Of a stretch of 64,000 nucleotides of DNA, positions 9,987-20,182 are shown one piece after another. The notes below the pieces were generated by a model. The model was not told where the DNA came from. It did not search any database and was given only the letters and a program-made list of their open reading frames with translations. Every line of letters starts with the position of its first letter. Position 1 is the stretch's first letter. The position numbers were made by a program, and so were the translations under genes. The DNA is from Candidatus Aenigmatarchaeota archaeon (lineage in GTDB: Archaea > Aenigmatarchaeota > Aenigmatarchaeia > GW2011-AR5), in NCBI GenBank assembly GCA_042584825.1, contig JBHOSK010000001.1, forward strand, positions 1,777-65,776. Direction: 5' to 3'.

Positions 9987-11058
9987 AAAAAGAATTAACG
10001 AACGATTGAAAAAAATGGGTGACGATATACTGGCACACATTGAAAAAAAAGAAAATCCTAATTTAGAAATACCTCTACGTACACTATCCAATGTAATTTT
10101 TGATAAAAATACCCACACACTCAGACTTGGTGATAAAGCATCAAAAAGATATTTTTTCAATGTTGCACATTCTAAAAAATTCATGCAGACTTTAATGGTG
10201 GCTGCATTTTGTAAAAGTTTAAGAGCTGAGGATATACACGCAAGTATCAGAGAAATGTATTACAGTTTAAAGAGAACACTATCCGAAAGTAAGGAAAACA
10301 CCTTTGATGAACAATCAGAATCAGACCCAGTTATTATAGATCTCGAAGTTGCATTAGACGTGATAAGAGAAAATCTTCATTTAACTGCTGATAGACGAGG
10401 TTCTGTTGCTGGTAATGGAAGTATTGTAGATAGAGGAGATACAATAGACTGGTCGAAACTAGGAAGTGGTGGTTGGTCAATACCATCAACAACAAATGAA
10501 ATTGGGATAAATAAAATGAATGCAGATTTTGTTTTAGTAATCGAGAAAAACGCAGCATTTGATAGATTAAATGAAGACAAATTTTGGAAAAAACATAAGT
10601 GTATCTTAATAGGTACACAAGGTCAACCATCTCGTGGTGCACGTCTTCTGATACAACGACTAAATCAAGAAGCAAAATTACCTGTTTACGTTATGACAGA
10701 TGCAGATTCTTATGGGTTTTATATTTATTCTGTTATAAAATCGGGATCTATTGGTCTAGCGCATGTATCTGACAGAATATCAACACCAGCAGCCAAATTC
10801 ATAGGACTTACAATGTCAGACATATACGATTTTGATCTAAAAAATGTTACAATAAAGGCAAGAGAAAGGGACATAAAACGTGCTAAAGAACTAATGAATT
10901 ATGAATGGTTCAAAAAACCAGAATGGCAAAGAGAATTAAAATTAATGATCAAGAAAGGAGTAAAGGCAGAGATTGAAGCTTTAGCAAACAAAAGTCTAAA
11001 ATTCCTAACAGAAGACTATTTGCCAGAAAAAATCAAAAACAAAGAATTTTTAGATTAA
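9961..11058 (+). CDS. top6A: DNA topoisomerase VI subunit A (Spo11-like)
   Basis: Winged-helix/5Y-CAP and TOPRIM domain (VMTDADSYGFYI); true start may be an internal Met near 10015. Confidence 0.9.
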   Translation: MKKMKTKSEKRINERLKKMGDDILAHIEKKENPNLEIPLRTLSNVIFDKNTHTLRLGDKASKRYFFNVAHSKKFMQTLMVAAFCKSLRAEDIHASIREMYYSLKRTLSESKENTFDEQSESDPVIIDLEVALDVIRENLHLTADRRGSVAGNGSIVDRGDTIDWSKLGSGGWSIPSTTNEIGINKMNADFVLVIEKNAAFDRLNEDKFWKKHKCILIGTQGQPSRGARLLIQRLNQEAKLPVYVMTDADSYGFYIYSVIKSGSIGLAHVSDRISTPAAKFIGLTMSDIYDFDLKNVTIKARERDIKRAKELMNYEWFKKPEWQRELKLMIKKGVKAEIEALANKSLKFLTEDYLPEKIKNKEFLD

Positions 11059-11607
11059 GGTTTTTTTACTTTCCCGCTTTTTTATCATTATCTCTAGAAA
11101 ATGAAAAACATTATCATGCGGTGATCCTGTAATGAGCTTTTCTATCGCAGTCTTAGCAAGTTCTACATCATCATACTTTCCTATGATAGAAACAGTTTTT
11201 CCATAAATAGATATATGACTTTTTGTGAACATTTCTATCCTTTCTCTTGCTAATCCATCTCTTCCTATTATACGGGATTTTACTCTCACTTTTCCTTTTT
11301 TTCCTTTTTCAGGTAGAGATAAAATACATAAACAATAATCTTCATCAGAAAGATCCATTGCTTTTTCAGGCGCAAAACCACGACCAATCGCTTTTACTAT
11401 ATTTGAACAAGCCAATATACCAATACATTCACCTTCAATTGTTACGTCTTCACCAACAGCTATCTTTGTTTTGGTTAGATTCTCGATTTCTCTTTTAACC
11501 TTCCCTCGTTTACCTATTAATATAGCGAGACGTTCTTCAGGGATTTTTAGTTTTTGCATCATTTTTCCGACCTTTATAGTTTTAAAATGCCTTTTCTTTT
11601 TAACCAA
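11050..11607 (-). CDS. Double KH-domain RNA-binding protein (Dim2/Pno1-like)
   Basis: Two KH folds with GKRGK / GRDG GxxG-type loops; gene sits next to aIF-1A. Confidence 0.55.
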   Translation of the reverse strand: MVKKKRHFKTIKVGKMMQKLKIPEERLAILIGKRGKVKREIENLTKTKIAVGEDVTIEGECIGILACSNIVKAIGRGFAPEKAMDLSDEDYCLCILSLPEKGKKGKVRVKSRIIGRDGLARERIEMFTKSHISIYGKTVSIIGKYDDVELAKTAIEKLITGSPHDNVFHFLEIMIKKRESKKTLI

Positions 11608-11876
11608 TCTGCTTGATTAGGTCTATATTTCCAAACAATGTCACCATTAGTATCTCCTTGAATTTCCCAAGGAATAACTAGAATATAATCGCCTTGTCGG
11701 ATCCACAAACGTTTTCTAAATCTTCCAGGAACTCTACAAGTTCTTATTTTATCATCTTGACACCTTACTCTCATTCTACTTGCTCCTAACATAGTCTCAA
11801 TAACTCCCAACACTTCCTTTCCTTTAGGTACCCTTACTCTAATTTCTTCTCCATATCCAGTCATGTAATTCACCAT
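11574..11876 (-). CDS. eif1a: Translation initiation factor aIF-1A
   Basis: S1-like OB fold; sequence VRVPKGKEVLGVIETMLGASRMRVRCQDDKIRTCRVPGRFRKRLWIRQGDYILV is diagnostic of eIF-1A. Confidence 0.85.
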   Translation of the reverse strand: MVNYMTGYGEEIRVRVPKGKEVLGVIETMLGASRMRVRCQDDKIRTCRVPGRFRKRLWIRQGDYILVIPWEIQGDTNGDIVWKYRPNQADWLKRKGILKL

Positions 11877-11945
11877 TCGATAAAAATACTTATTTATTTT
11901 TACGATATCAGTACAACAAATATATTGAATACACCTTTATATACA

Positions 11946-12593
11946 TCATCTTACTGCATAAAAATTCCTGTAAAGCATTTTACCTTTCTTTGTTGCAACG
12001 TGTTTATGTGTTATTATAACATCAAACCCGTCATCTCTTAGCTGCTTTGAAGCGGTCTTTGCAAAACCTTTTTGTATAATTTTAACATCATAACCATTTT
12101 TTGCATCACCAATAACGGTTATACTATCATTAGGTACCAGTAATTTTACTTTATCCAGTATTTTATCCTTATTAACTCCCCTTACTTGTATCATAGCTTC
12201 GTAATAACCACCACATATTTTTATACAGTTATCACACATGTATCTCCTCGCTATAACAATGAATTTTTTCTTCTCTTTTACTTCGACGCCCCTTATATCT
12301 CCGGTTATCTCAGCAGTAACAAAAAATTTATTACCAACAGTCTTCCAACTAAAGTCCTTTTTTTCAACTTTAACGTCGTTCCCTAGTTTTACATCATCAT
12401 CAAAAAGAGTACGTATTACTTCTTCTTCATCTTTTATTTTTATCTTCTGATTGTGATATGACTCACATTCCTTACAATATCGTATTTCAACATTTTCTAT
12501 ATTAAATAAATCATTTTTTTCAAGAAAGTGCTGTTTACATAAATTATCCTTTATTGCGTCCTTTCCACACTTTATACAAAACATTTTTGACAT
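11946..12593 (-). CDS. NMD3-family protein (archaeal homologue of the 60S export/maturation factor)
   Basis: N-terminal CxxC...CxxH and CxxC...C zinc clusters followed by an OB-like region, as in short archaeal NMD3 proteins. Confidence 0.5.
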   Translation of the reverse strand: MSKMFCIKCGKDAIKDNLCKQHFLEKNDLFNIENVEIRYCKECESYHNQKIKIKDEEEVIRTLFDDDVKLGNDVKVEKKDFSWKTVGNKFFVTAEITGDIRGVEVKEKKKFIVIARRYMCDNCIKICGGYYEAMIQVRGVNKDKILDKVKLLVPNDSITVIGDAKNGYDVKIIQKGFAKTASKQLRDDGFDVIITHKHVATKKGKMLYRNFYAVR

Positions 12594-12797
12594 ATTTTAC
12601 TACCTTCATAATAAAGCCGCATGATAACGTTAAAAGCCTTTGCAAATGATGTTATACCTGGCGATGAGGAGACTGTCCCAGTTTGAGCACCAAAAAGACA
12701 AAAGTATCTAGAGATACTTTAATCGTGGTTGTGCTGTGATATCAACGGGTAGCTGCCGAGCCATTTATTTTTATAATCAAATGAACAAACACTATCT

Positions 12798-13247
12798 ATG
12801 AAATCAATGCGTCGAGGGCGTGAATTTTATTCACAACACTATGAAGAAGCCATGAAATTATACAAAAACGGAGTCAGTATCAAAGACATAGCAACAAAAT
12901 TAAAAATATCATATTCTTGTGTTTATCACTGGGCAAAAGGAATACGTAAACCCGAAGAAGGTAACATAGTGTCATTTGTCAACTTTCTCGAAAAAAGTGG
13001 CCCAACCGCGATTATTGATATAAAAAAGAAGTTCCCAAAACACAATGAGTTATACCTCGTTTCAACCAGGAGAAATATGAAAGTTAAACGCCATGTTTTG
13101 AAACGCAAGTATGGTGATTATAATACATGGTATTATATTGAAGGCCAAGAAGAGTTGCTGAAGCGTCGATTGGAAGAATTATTCCAAAAATACAAAGAAG
13201 CAAAGGAAAAGATAGCCGAAGCATTAAGCGGAATATTTGTTAAATAA
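12798..13247 (+). CDS. Small helix-turn-helix protein
   Basis: HTH-like segment (ISYSCVYHWAKGIRKP) in a basic N-terminal region; otherwise uncharacterised. Confidence 0.3.
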   Translation: MKSMRRGREFYSQHYEEAMKLYKNGVSIKDIATKLKISYSCVYHWAKGIRKPEEGNIVSFVNFLEKSGPTAIIDIKKKFPKHNELYLVSTRRNMKVKRHVLKRKYGDYNTWYYIEGQEELLKRRLEELFQKYKEAKEKIAEALSGIFVK

Positions 13248-13273
13248 GTTTAATTTTACGAGTAGGATCTATA

Positions 13274-13678
13274 ATGGGAAAAAATAAAATGTACGGAACG
13301 GGTATGATTATCTTAGTTTTCGGGGGCATATTGGTGAGAGCGTCTTATACACTTCTAGACACATTAACAAGCTGGATTATAATAATGTTACTGCTTGTTA
13401 TAGCAGGTTTCTTTTTCATTAAAGCAAGCAGGATGAAAGACGAACTACCAAAAACAATGAAAGGACGGGTAGATATGTACGCAGACGCCGGATTCTATTT
13501 TATCGGAAAAATATTACTTCTTGTAATGGGTATTTTCTCATTTTGTCTAGGAACATTGATTCTAATTACAGAAGGTAGGGTCGATATATTTGCAGGAATG
13601 ACTATACTGGCAGTAGTGGGATTGGGTGGCGCATATATAACACATAGGTGCGATAAGCAATTAAAGCAAGTTAAATAA
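13274..13678 (+). CDS. Small integral membrane protein
   Basis: Four predicted hydrophobic helices. Confidence 0.35.
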   Translation: MGKNKMYGTGMIILVFGGILVRASYTLLDTLTSWIIIMLLLVIAGFFFIKASRMKDELPKTMKGRVDMYADAGFYFIGKILLLVMGIFSFCLGTLILITEGRVDIFAGMTILAVVGLGGAYITHRCDKQLKQVK

Positions 13679-14483
13679 GTATACCAGAATTCAGCAATTT
13701 CCAGGATTTGTCAACGTCTTTTTGTAATAATTCCAAATCACACGAATGTTTTTCTAACCTTTTTTGTATTTTGAAAAAAATTTCAACAGGTTCAAAATCA
13801 GACCTTTTTGTTATTTTTACTTTCTTATTTTCAACCTCGTATATTGGCCATAATTTTGTTTGTGATGCTAATTTTGCTACATATATTGTATTGCTTGGAT
13901 CAAACATCCATTTTTTAGGATCTGGGCAAAGCACATCAATGAATTTGAAACCTTTTTTAACTGCCGACTTTTTCAATTTTCTTATTAGATCTTCTGGAAA
14001 ACCCACAGAAGATGTTGCCACATAATTACCCTTCAAGTGTCTTGCAAAGCTTGATTTTGTTGGTCCCCAATCAGAATTATTACAAACAAATGTTACGTTA
14101 TCATTTCTTTCTGCAGCCGCTAATACAGATGAAAAATAAGCAGCAGTGTATTTGCTATCTGAAAAACAAATTATATGTTTATCAGGCAATGCTTGAGAAA
14201 TACCTGCTGCAGCTGCAGCAGCATTATTTATCTTAAGCATAGGCTTGTTAGTAACCAAATAATCATCATTATCAGTAGCAATTACAATAATACTATCATC
14301 TATAACTTGTGAAACAATTTTTAGTGCAAGTAAAGACCCATCTCCAGGTAAAGCAGATGAACCCTTGAAAACCTTCTTTTCACTAAAATCTTTAAACAAT
14401 TCTGTTTCAACCTCTATTTTTTGTTCCGGTGCTTCTTGAATATCTTCTTCTGCCATTTTTACATCCTCAATTTCTACAACCAA
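13671..14483 (-). CDS. porB: 2-oxoacid:ferredoxin oxidoreductase beta subunit (TPP-binding), POR/VOR family
   Basis: GDG...N(~30 aa) thiamine-diphosphate motif; last gene of a gamma-delta-alpha-beta operon; the usual CPGCG motif is not evident. Confidence 0.55.
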   Translation of the reverse strand: MVVEIEDVKMAEEDIQEAPEQKIEVETELFKDFSEKKVFKGSSALPGDGSLLALKIVSQVIDDSIIVIATDNDDYLVTNKPMLKINNAAAAAAGISQALPDKHIICFSDSKYTAAYFSSVLAAAERNDNVTFVCNNSDWGPTKSSFARHLKGNYVATSSVGFPEDLIRKLKKSAVKKGFKFIDVLCPDPKKWMFDPSNTIYVAKLASQTKLWPIYEVENKKVKITKRSDFEPVEIFFKIQKRLEKHSCDLELLQKDVDKSWKLLNSGILI

Positions 14484-15514
14484 TATGTGCCTTCATTACC
14501 TGTCATTATTTTTTTAGTAATGTTCTCGAAATCATTTTCACTTAAATTTTTTGATGAAATAAAATTTGAACACTTACACATATGTTTTATTTCATTATAT
14601 AAAACACCACCATTTCCTAGAATAGCTGTTGATTCAACAACACCAACATTCTTGCCTTCAATAAGGTTCTTTATATTTGGTAGTGGTCTTATAACACGGA
14701 ATCTTAGTAAGCCAATTTTTTTACCTTCACTTCTTTGTTTTTTAACCACGGCTTTTGCATTGTATGAGTGTAATCCCATTGTTATTATAATATGCTCAGC
14801 ATCTTTTGTCATAAATTCTTCGACCAAAGGCAATTCTCTTCTGAATTTTTGTTTCCACTTATCGCCCGTTTTTTCCAATAAATTTAAAGCATTCAACATA
14901 GCCTTTTCTCGTTGTTTTGTTTGCTGGTCATCATACACTCCAAAATAAACATTGTCTTTACCTAGTCTGTGTTTTGGATTAAGTTTACGTAAAAATTTAT
15001 CAATTGTTTGTTGTGTAGGTAAATGAACAGCTTCTCTTATATCTAAATTATTCACATTTATCAATGATGGTAAAATAACCTTATTGTCTTCACATATTTT
15101 GTATGATTGTATAATGCTATCAATTATTTCTTGATTATTTTCTGCAAAAATAAGCACCATTCCCGTATCTCTAAGTGAGAAAAGGTTATCAATATTTTGA
15201 GAAATATTACAAACAACAAGAGGTAATCTTAATTGAGAAGCGTTTCTAATTTCCATTGAAGCATCTGAAACAATACTCAAACATCTTTTTCCTGATATTG
15301 TTGAACCAATAGAAGCAGAAATAACAGCATCATTATTTTCAGCTCCTATAGTATTCATTTCTTTTGAAAATTCTTTTGCCTTTGCGGCAGTTTCATAAAA
15401 ATCCGGGCTATATACAACAAGTTCTGCTTTAGATAATGCAGCACCACGTGCTACTGAATCAACAGCACTTATCAAGTCACCTTTTTTTGAAATTTTAATC
15501 ACCTTATTCTTCAA
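14474..15514 (-). CDS. porA: 2-oxoacid:ferredoxin oxidoreductase alpha subunit
   Basis: Position between the delta and beta genes, and size and composition consistent with POR alpha; divergent. Confidence 0.55.
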   Translation of the reverse strand: MKNKVIKISKKGDLISAVDSVARGAALSKAELVVYSPDFYETAAKAKEFSKEMNTIGAENNDAVISASIGSTISGKRCLSIVSDASMEIRNASQLRLPLVVCNISQNIDNLFSLRDTGMVLIFAENNQEIIDSIIQSYKICEDNKVILPSLINVNNLDIREAVHLPTQQTIDKFLRKLNPKHRLGKDNVYFGVYDDQQTKQREKAMLNALNLLEKTGDKWKQKFRRELPLVEEFMTKDAEHIIITMGLHSYNAKAVVKKQRSEGKKIGLLRFRVIRPLPNIKNLIEGKNVGVVESTAILGNGGVLYNEIKHMCKCSNFISSKNLSENDFENITKKIMTGNEGTYWL

Positions 15515-15761
15515 TAGCTTTGAATGGACATTCTCTTAAACATATGAGACAGCCACTACATTCATTTTCCTTAATAGAAGGACACTCATTTTTCATCTCT
15601 ATACAATTATGCGGACACAATACAAAACAAAGATGACACACAGTGCATTTCTTTTTATCTATTCTTGGAGGAATAGTTTTCTTTGATACTTCTCGTTGTC
15701 TTTGTGTTGTTGGATCAATAAGTTTATATTTTATTTCATTTGTTAAAATAATTTTAATCAC
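15504..15761 (-). CDS. porD: 2-oxoacid:ferredoxin oxidoreductase delta subunit (2x[4Fe-4S] ferredoxin)
   Basis: Two CxxCxxCxxxCP motifs in 85 aa. Confidence 0.8.
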   Translation of the reverse strand: MIKIILTNEIKYKLIDPTTQRQREVSKKTIPPRIDKKKCTVCHLCFVLCPHNCIEMKNECPSIKENECSGCLICLRECPFKAIEE

Positions 15762-15764
15762 CTT

Positions 15765-16259
15765 TTATCTCAATTGTTTTACACTTTTATATCCTTCATC
15801 GAACCCATCAATACTACTAAATTCAATATCAAGAGCCTTTTTCATGTTCTTGACAGATATACAACCATCTAACTTCGTAACAGCGCCTGAAATTGCAGAT
15901 GAAAATTTCTTTTCATCTTCTGATATTTCGTCGGCATCTATAATAAAGTTTTTTGTTTTGTATTTCTTCATAGCTATTTTGATTTTTGAGTTTAATAAAA
16001 CAGTTGAGCCTTGTTTTATTTTCGATTTTGGTATCTTTTTTAGAAACTCAGAATCTAGTGTGATTAAAAAATCAGCACTATCACGACCAATACTTAACAT
16101 ATCATCTTTTGTGGTCTTCACGACACCCACAAGAAATTCGCCTTTATTCTCAACATAATCTAATACACGAAATCCTGACAAAAAGCACGCTCGTCCTATC
16201 GCCTTAGTAACCCTTTTAACGGGCTGATTTTTATTCCCATATATTTCAAATATCGCCAT
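15765..16259 (-). CDS. porG: 2-oxoacid:ferredoxin oxidoreductase gamma subunit
   Basis: N-terminal FEIYGNKNQPVKRVTKAIGRA matches the POR gamma IRFHGRGGQG...A pattern; first gene of the operon. Confidence 0.65.
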   Translation of the reverse strand: MAIFEIYGNKNQPVKRVTKAIGRACFLSGFRVLDYVENKGEFLVGVVKTTKDDMLSIGRDSADFLITLDSEFLKKIPKSKIKQGSTVLLNSKIKIAMKKYKTKNFIIDADEISEDEKKFSSAISGAVTKLDGCISVKNMKKALDIEFSSIDGFDEGYKSVKQLR

Positions 16260-16297
16260 TTATAACAACCTTTGTTCTCAGAAAAAAAAAGAAAGAA

Positions 16298-16567
16298 CTA
16301 TGCCTCTTCTTCTATTGTAGTGGGTTTTATGTGCTTTATTATAAGTACATCACCAATTGACTGTACAACTGAAAAAGGTACGACAACTCCTCTTTTGTCT
16401 CCTATAAGAGATGCCATAAATGAGCCTTTTACTGCGTCCACGACAACAGATTTAACTCTAAATTTATCCAAATCCAGACCAACGTCAATTACTTTTCCTA
16501 TGTATATACCTCTATCTGTGAATACATCTTTCCTAACAATTTCAGAAAAACTTTTCAAATCAACCAT
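16298..16567 (-). CDS. PRC-barrel domain protein
   Basis: About 89 aa with a GxYIGKVxD core typical of PRC barrels. Confidence 0.45.
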   Translation of the reverse strand: MVDLKSFSEIVRKDVFTDRGIYIGKVIDVGLDLDKFRVKSVVVDAVKGSFMASLIGDKRGVVVPFSVVQSIGDVLIIKHIKPTTIEEEA

Positions 16568-16713
16568 TTTTATACCTCCTTTATACCTTCTGTCATTTAT
16601 ATTATTCTTTAAAATATTTAAATCTGTCGTTTATTTTAATATTTCAAGACAAAAATAGGCTTATAGAGGGTATTTTATAATATTTTAACCAAAATAAACA
16701 ACAAATGAGCATT

Positions 16714-16797
16714 GCTGAGATGGCTGAGTGGCTAAAGGCGCAGGATTGCTAATCCTGTGGGCGAAAGTCCACGGGGGTTCGAATCCCCCTCTCAGCG
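16714..16797 (+). tRNA. tRNA-Ser (anticodon GCT)
   Basis: Acceptor gctgaga/tctcagc, anticodon loop tTGCTAa -> GCT, long variable arm, T-loop GGTTCGAATCC. Confidence 0.8.
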
Positions 16798-16809
16798 CTT
16801 ATAAATACT

Positions 16810-18690
16810 TTGAAAATTCTTAATGATGGGCTGAAATTTATGAGCAGAGAAATGTATTACGGAGTTATAGGAAATGGAGAAACATGTGCTTTAGTGTCCC
16901 CGCGAGCTAGCATAGAGTGGTTATGTTTACCTAAATTTGATGGAAAAATAGTATATTCAAAAGCCCTCGATAACCAGAATGGAAAAGCGTTATATGTTAA
17001 ATTTCTAGAAGGTTCGAAGGAATTGAAAATATTAGATGTCGATCATGAATATATTGAAAAAACAAACATTCTTGTTACAACACTGAATTTCAAAAACATA
17101 AAAGCAAAAATATACGATTTCATGCCACGCCAAGAAAAGATAATTTTCCGTTTAATTAAACTGGAAAGTAAATCGAAAAAAAGAAAGATAAAAATTGAAA
17201 TACAATCAACCCTAACAGATTCTGATAACATCAGTTTGGAAAGTGGTATGTTTTTTAGTAAAGATAACACATTTCTTGGTTTACACATGTATGATGGTAA
17301 AAATGTAACATTAGAAAAAGGCAAATCAAAAACAGTTTCATTGGCAATATTATATGAAACAGAATCAAAAAAACTTTCTAATTTGCTAAGACGAGTAAAG
17401 TCGATGGATCCTGAAAAAGAGTTTAATATCGAAAGCGCGTATTGGAATAATTGGTTAGACAGAGGAGTAAAATTTAAATTTTTCAATAAAAAATATGAAG
17501 AGGTATTTTATCGTGCATTACTTACAATGAAATTAATGCAATACAAAAACGGATCAACAGTTGCTGCACCAACAGCATCTTTTCCCGCTACTCAAGGTAA
17601 ACTAGAAAATTGGGATTATAGATTTGCCTGGATAAGAGATAATTATTTTGTTGCAAGAGCATTTTTAATATCAGGTCACTACAAAGAAGTTAAACAAATA
17701 TTGTCGTTCTTTTATAAAATACAACAAAAGAACGGCCACTGGAAATCCCCTCTTTATACAATAGAAGGAAAGAAACTGAAAGAAGAAATCATTTTAAAAA
17801 ATCTTAAAGGACAGCACGGTGAAGATCATATAAGAATAAACAACGAAGCCAAAAATCAATTACAATTAGATAATGAAGGAAGCATACTACACGCAACATA
17901 TTTGTATTTCATGTATTCGAAAGATTCTTATTTTGTTAAAAAACATTGGAATAAAATAAAAACAGCAGCCAACTGGATTGTAAAAAATCACAACCAAGAA
18001 GAACACGGAATATGGGAATTCAGACACAAAAAAGCTCATTATACTTACGGAAAAGTCATGTGTTTTGTCGGATTGGATTCTGCAGTGAAAATTGGTAACA
18101 TATTAGGAAAAGACATTTCTACATGGAAAAAAGAAAAAGAAAAACTAAAAAAGGAAATTTTAAAAAATGCCTGGTCAAAACAAAGAAAAGCCTTTCTTCA
18201 AACATATGAAAAAGATGCACCAATCGACATTTCAGTATTATCACTTGTTGATTTTGGAATTATATCACCAAAAGACAAGAGAACAAAAAACACAGTGAAG
18301 CTAATAGAAGAAAAATTAGTTGAAAATTTTACTGTAAAAAGATATGAGAATGCCCACCTACCGTTTTATTTACCCACGCTATGGCTTGCATCATACTACA
18401 TAAAAGCAAAAAATCTGAAAAAAGCAGCACCATTCATAAACAAGTCAATAGATTCTATAACAACCCTTAATTTACCATCTGAACATTTTGATCCTATATC
18501 AGGAAAACAACATGGAAATTTCCCACAAACATTCTGTTCTTCAATGTTTGCAGAACAGCTCTTTAATTATAATAAAAAAGGAAGAACCACGAGTAGGTTT
18601 TTAAGTATTTATAACTCAAATCTTAAGGATATAAAAAATGCGTTTTTTATGGATAGAGATGCATTGTTAGAAGCAGCAAACAACGTATAA
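16810..18690 (+). CDS. Glycoside hydrolase family 15-like (glucoamylase/glucodextranase-type (alpha/alpha)6 barrel)
   Basis: WDYRFAWIRD motif and overall GH15 catalytic-domain architecture. Confidence 0.7.
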   Translation: MKILNDGLKFMSREMYYGVIGNGETCALVSPRASIEWLCLPKFDGKIVYSKALDNQNGKALYVKFLEGSKELKILDVDHEYIEKTNILVTTLNFKNIKAKIYDFMPRQEKIIFRLIKLESKSKKRKIKIEIQSTLTDSDNISLESGMFFSKDNTFLGLHMYDGKNVTLEKGKSKTVSLAILYETESKKLSNLLRRVKSMDPEKEFNIESAYWNNWLDRGVKFKFFNKKYEEVFYRALLTMKLMQYKNGSTVAAPTASFPATQGKLENWDYRFAWIRDNYFVARAFLISGHYKEVKQILSFFYKIQQKNGHWKSPLYTIEGKKLKEEIILKNLKGQHGEDHIRINNEAKNQLQLDNEGSILHATYLYFMYSKDSYFVKKHWNKIKTAANWIVKNHNQEEHGIWEFRHKKAHYTYGKVMCFVGLDSAVKIGNILGKDISTWKKEKEKLKKEILKNAWSKQRKAFLQTYEKDAPIDISVLSLVDFGIISPKDKRTKNTVKLIEEKLVENFTVKRYENAHLPFYLPTLWLASYYIKAKNLKKAAPFINKSIDSITTLNLPSEHFDPISGKQHGNFPQTFCSSMFAEQLFNYNKKGRTTSRFLSIYNSNLKDIKNAFFMDRDALLEAANNV

Positions 18691-18718
18691 GTATGCAAAG
18701 CATACGTCAATCAACCAT

Positions 18719-18790
18719 GGGTCGGTGGTCTAGTGGTATGACGCCTCCCTTACAAGGAGGAGATCGCAAGTTCAATTCTTGCTCGACCCA
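18719..18790 (+). tRNA. tRNA-Val (anticodon TAC)
   Basis: Acceptor gggtcgg/ctcgaccc, anticodon stem cctcc/ggagg with loop cTTACAa, T-loop gttcaattc. Confidence 0.75.
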
Positions 18791-18793
18791 TTT

Positions 18794-19318
18794 ATGGAAT
18801 ATTACATGATTTGGGCGATTCCAAAAGGAGATATCGGAAAAAAGTTTTCTAATCTTATATCTAAATTAGCTGAAAAATACAATGGTCCTGTTTTTGAGCC
18901 CCACATATCTGTAAACAATTTTAGAGTGGTAGGAGAAGAAGAAAATGTTTTGACAAAAATAAAGGAATTGGCAAACCAAACAAAACCTTTCAAAATTACA
19001 TTAGAAAAAACCGACTTTTTCGATGAAATTCATATGTGTATAGTAGTTAGAACAAAAAAAACACCAGAACTCATGGCAATAAATAAAAATCTTATCAACC
19101 TTCTTGATGAAGAAATAAGAGATTATATTCCACACATGAGTTTGTTATATGGAATACTTGATAATAAAATCAAAGAAAAAATTTTAAATGACATTGGAAA
19201 AACGTTTGCAGATGAAATTGAGGTAAGTGAAATACACGTATTCAAATCACCCCAAGGAAAAATACCCGATATAGTGAAGTATTGGAAAAAAATAGCAACC
19301 TTTCGTCTTAACGGTTGA
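18794..19318 (+). CDS. 2H phosphoesterase (LigT-like 2'-5' RNA ligase / cyclic phosphodiesterase)
   Basis: Two H-x-S/T-x motifs (EPHISV and IPHMSL); the ORF-track start at 18779 lies inside tRNA-Val, so an internal Met is used here. Confidence 0.55.
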   Translation: MEYYMIWAIPKGDIGKKFSNLISKLAEKYNGPVFEPHISVNNFRVVGEEENVLTKIKELANQTKPFKITLEKTDFFDEIHMCIVVRTKKTPELMAINKNLINLLDEEIRDYIPHMSLLYGILDNKIKEKILNDIGKTFADEIEVSEIHVFKSPQGKIPDIVKYWKKIATFRLNG

Positions 19319-19357
19319 GAAAAACGACTTTTATACTTTTCCTTCAATTGTATATGA

Positions 19358-20182
19358 ATGGAATATCCAGACGGTTTCAAAGAACTTGTCAATCTTGTTA
19401 AAAAAACCCCAGTTCCAGTTGTAAAAGGAAAAGCAATTTGGGACAAGTTCTGTATGGTAGTGTTAATTGGAAAAGGATGTTCAGAAGCAGAGTTAATTTT
19501 TCTTACAAATATGTTGAAAAAATACATAGATTATGATTATGTATCAAACACAGACAGCGAGGATTGGGAAGAGGAAGTCAAAAAATTCCTTTCAGAAAGG
19601 CTTTCAAGAATAACAGACGAAGACACGCAAGCCATTATTTCTGACTTGTTAAAAAAAATATTTTTTGTTATGGCCTCTCTTAGAGGAGGTGCACGTTTCT
19701 TCAAAAAGAAAAATCTTTTCAAAGATATAGATAAACTAACAAAAACAAAGGAAAAAACATGGGAACTTATAGAAGAGATAGCTGAAGATAAAGACGTAAC
19801 AGGCATAAAATATGCAAAGGCAATCTTATGGCTCCATTACACCGGAAGAGCAAAGGATTTTGCACCACCAACACGGCACCTAAAGGGGTTTCTTAATAAT
19901 GATGTAGGACCCTATCATGAATACTATGATGATGACATGTTTTTCATGGATAAAGCAGAAGAAATGGATAAAGATTTTTCAGCATGTTTAATGGACGTAT
20001 ACAGAGCAATATATTTTTATCGTACTCTTAAATCAGCATTGCCCAGGAGATCAGGATTAGTACCCAAAAAATTGATAAAATTTCTAAAAAAGAAAAAAAC
20101 ATCCATAAAAATACTATCAAACATACTATCTGATATGGAGAAAAGGGAACGATTTGTAAAAGATTTATATGAGTTTTTATAA
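19358..20182 (+). CDS. Hypothetical protein (possible HhH-containing DNA glycosylase-like)
   Basis: 274 aa; the segment VTGIKYAKAILWL weakly resembles a helix-hairpin-helix; otherwise unassigned. Confidence 0.3.
   Translation: MEYPDGFKELVNLVKKTPVPVVKGKAIWDKFCMVVLIGKGCSEAELIFLTNMLKKYIDYDYVSNTDSEDWEEEVKKFLSERLSRITDEDTQAIISDLLKKIFFVMASLRGGARFFKKKNLFKDIDKLTKTKEKTWELIEEIAEDKDVTGIKYAKAILWLHYTGRAKDFAPPTRHLKGFLNNDVGPYHEYYDDDMFFMDKAEEMDKDFSACLMDVYRAIYFYRTLKSALPRRSGLVPKKLIKFLKKKKTSIKILSNILSDMEKRERFVKDLYEFL

Noticed and set aside
12630-12760. Possible C/D-box sRNA (atgatg ... ctgtga) in the NMD3/HTH intergenic region
   Set aside because: Box-like hexamers are present, but the spacing and terminal stem are not convincing. 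It was reported only as a palindrome/operator candidate.
18779-18793. ORF-track start of the LigT-like gene inside tRNA-Val, and likewise 20617..20679 for the SAM-hydrolase gene inside tRNA-Glu
   Set aside because: Translation is unlikely to start inside a tRNA gene. Internal Met codons just downstream give proteins that begin at the conserved N-terminal motifs.
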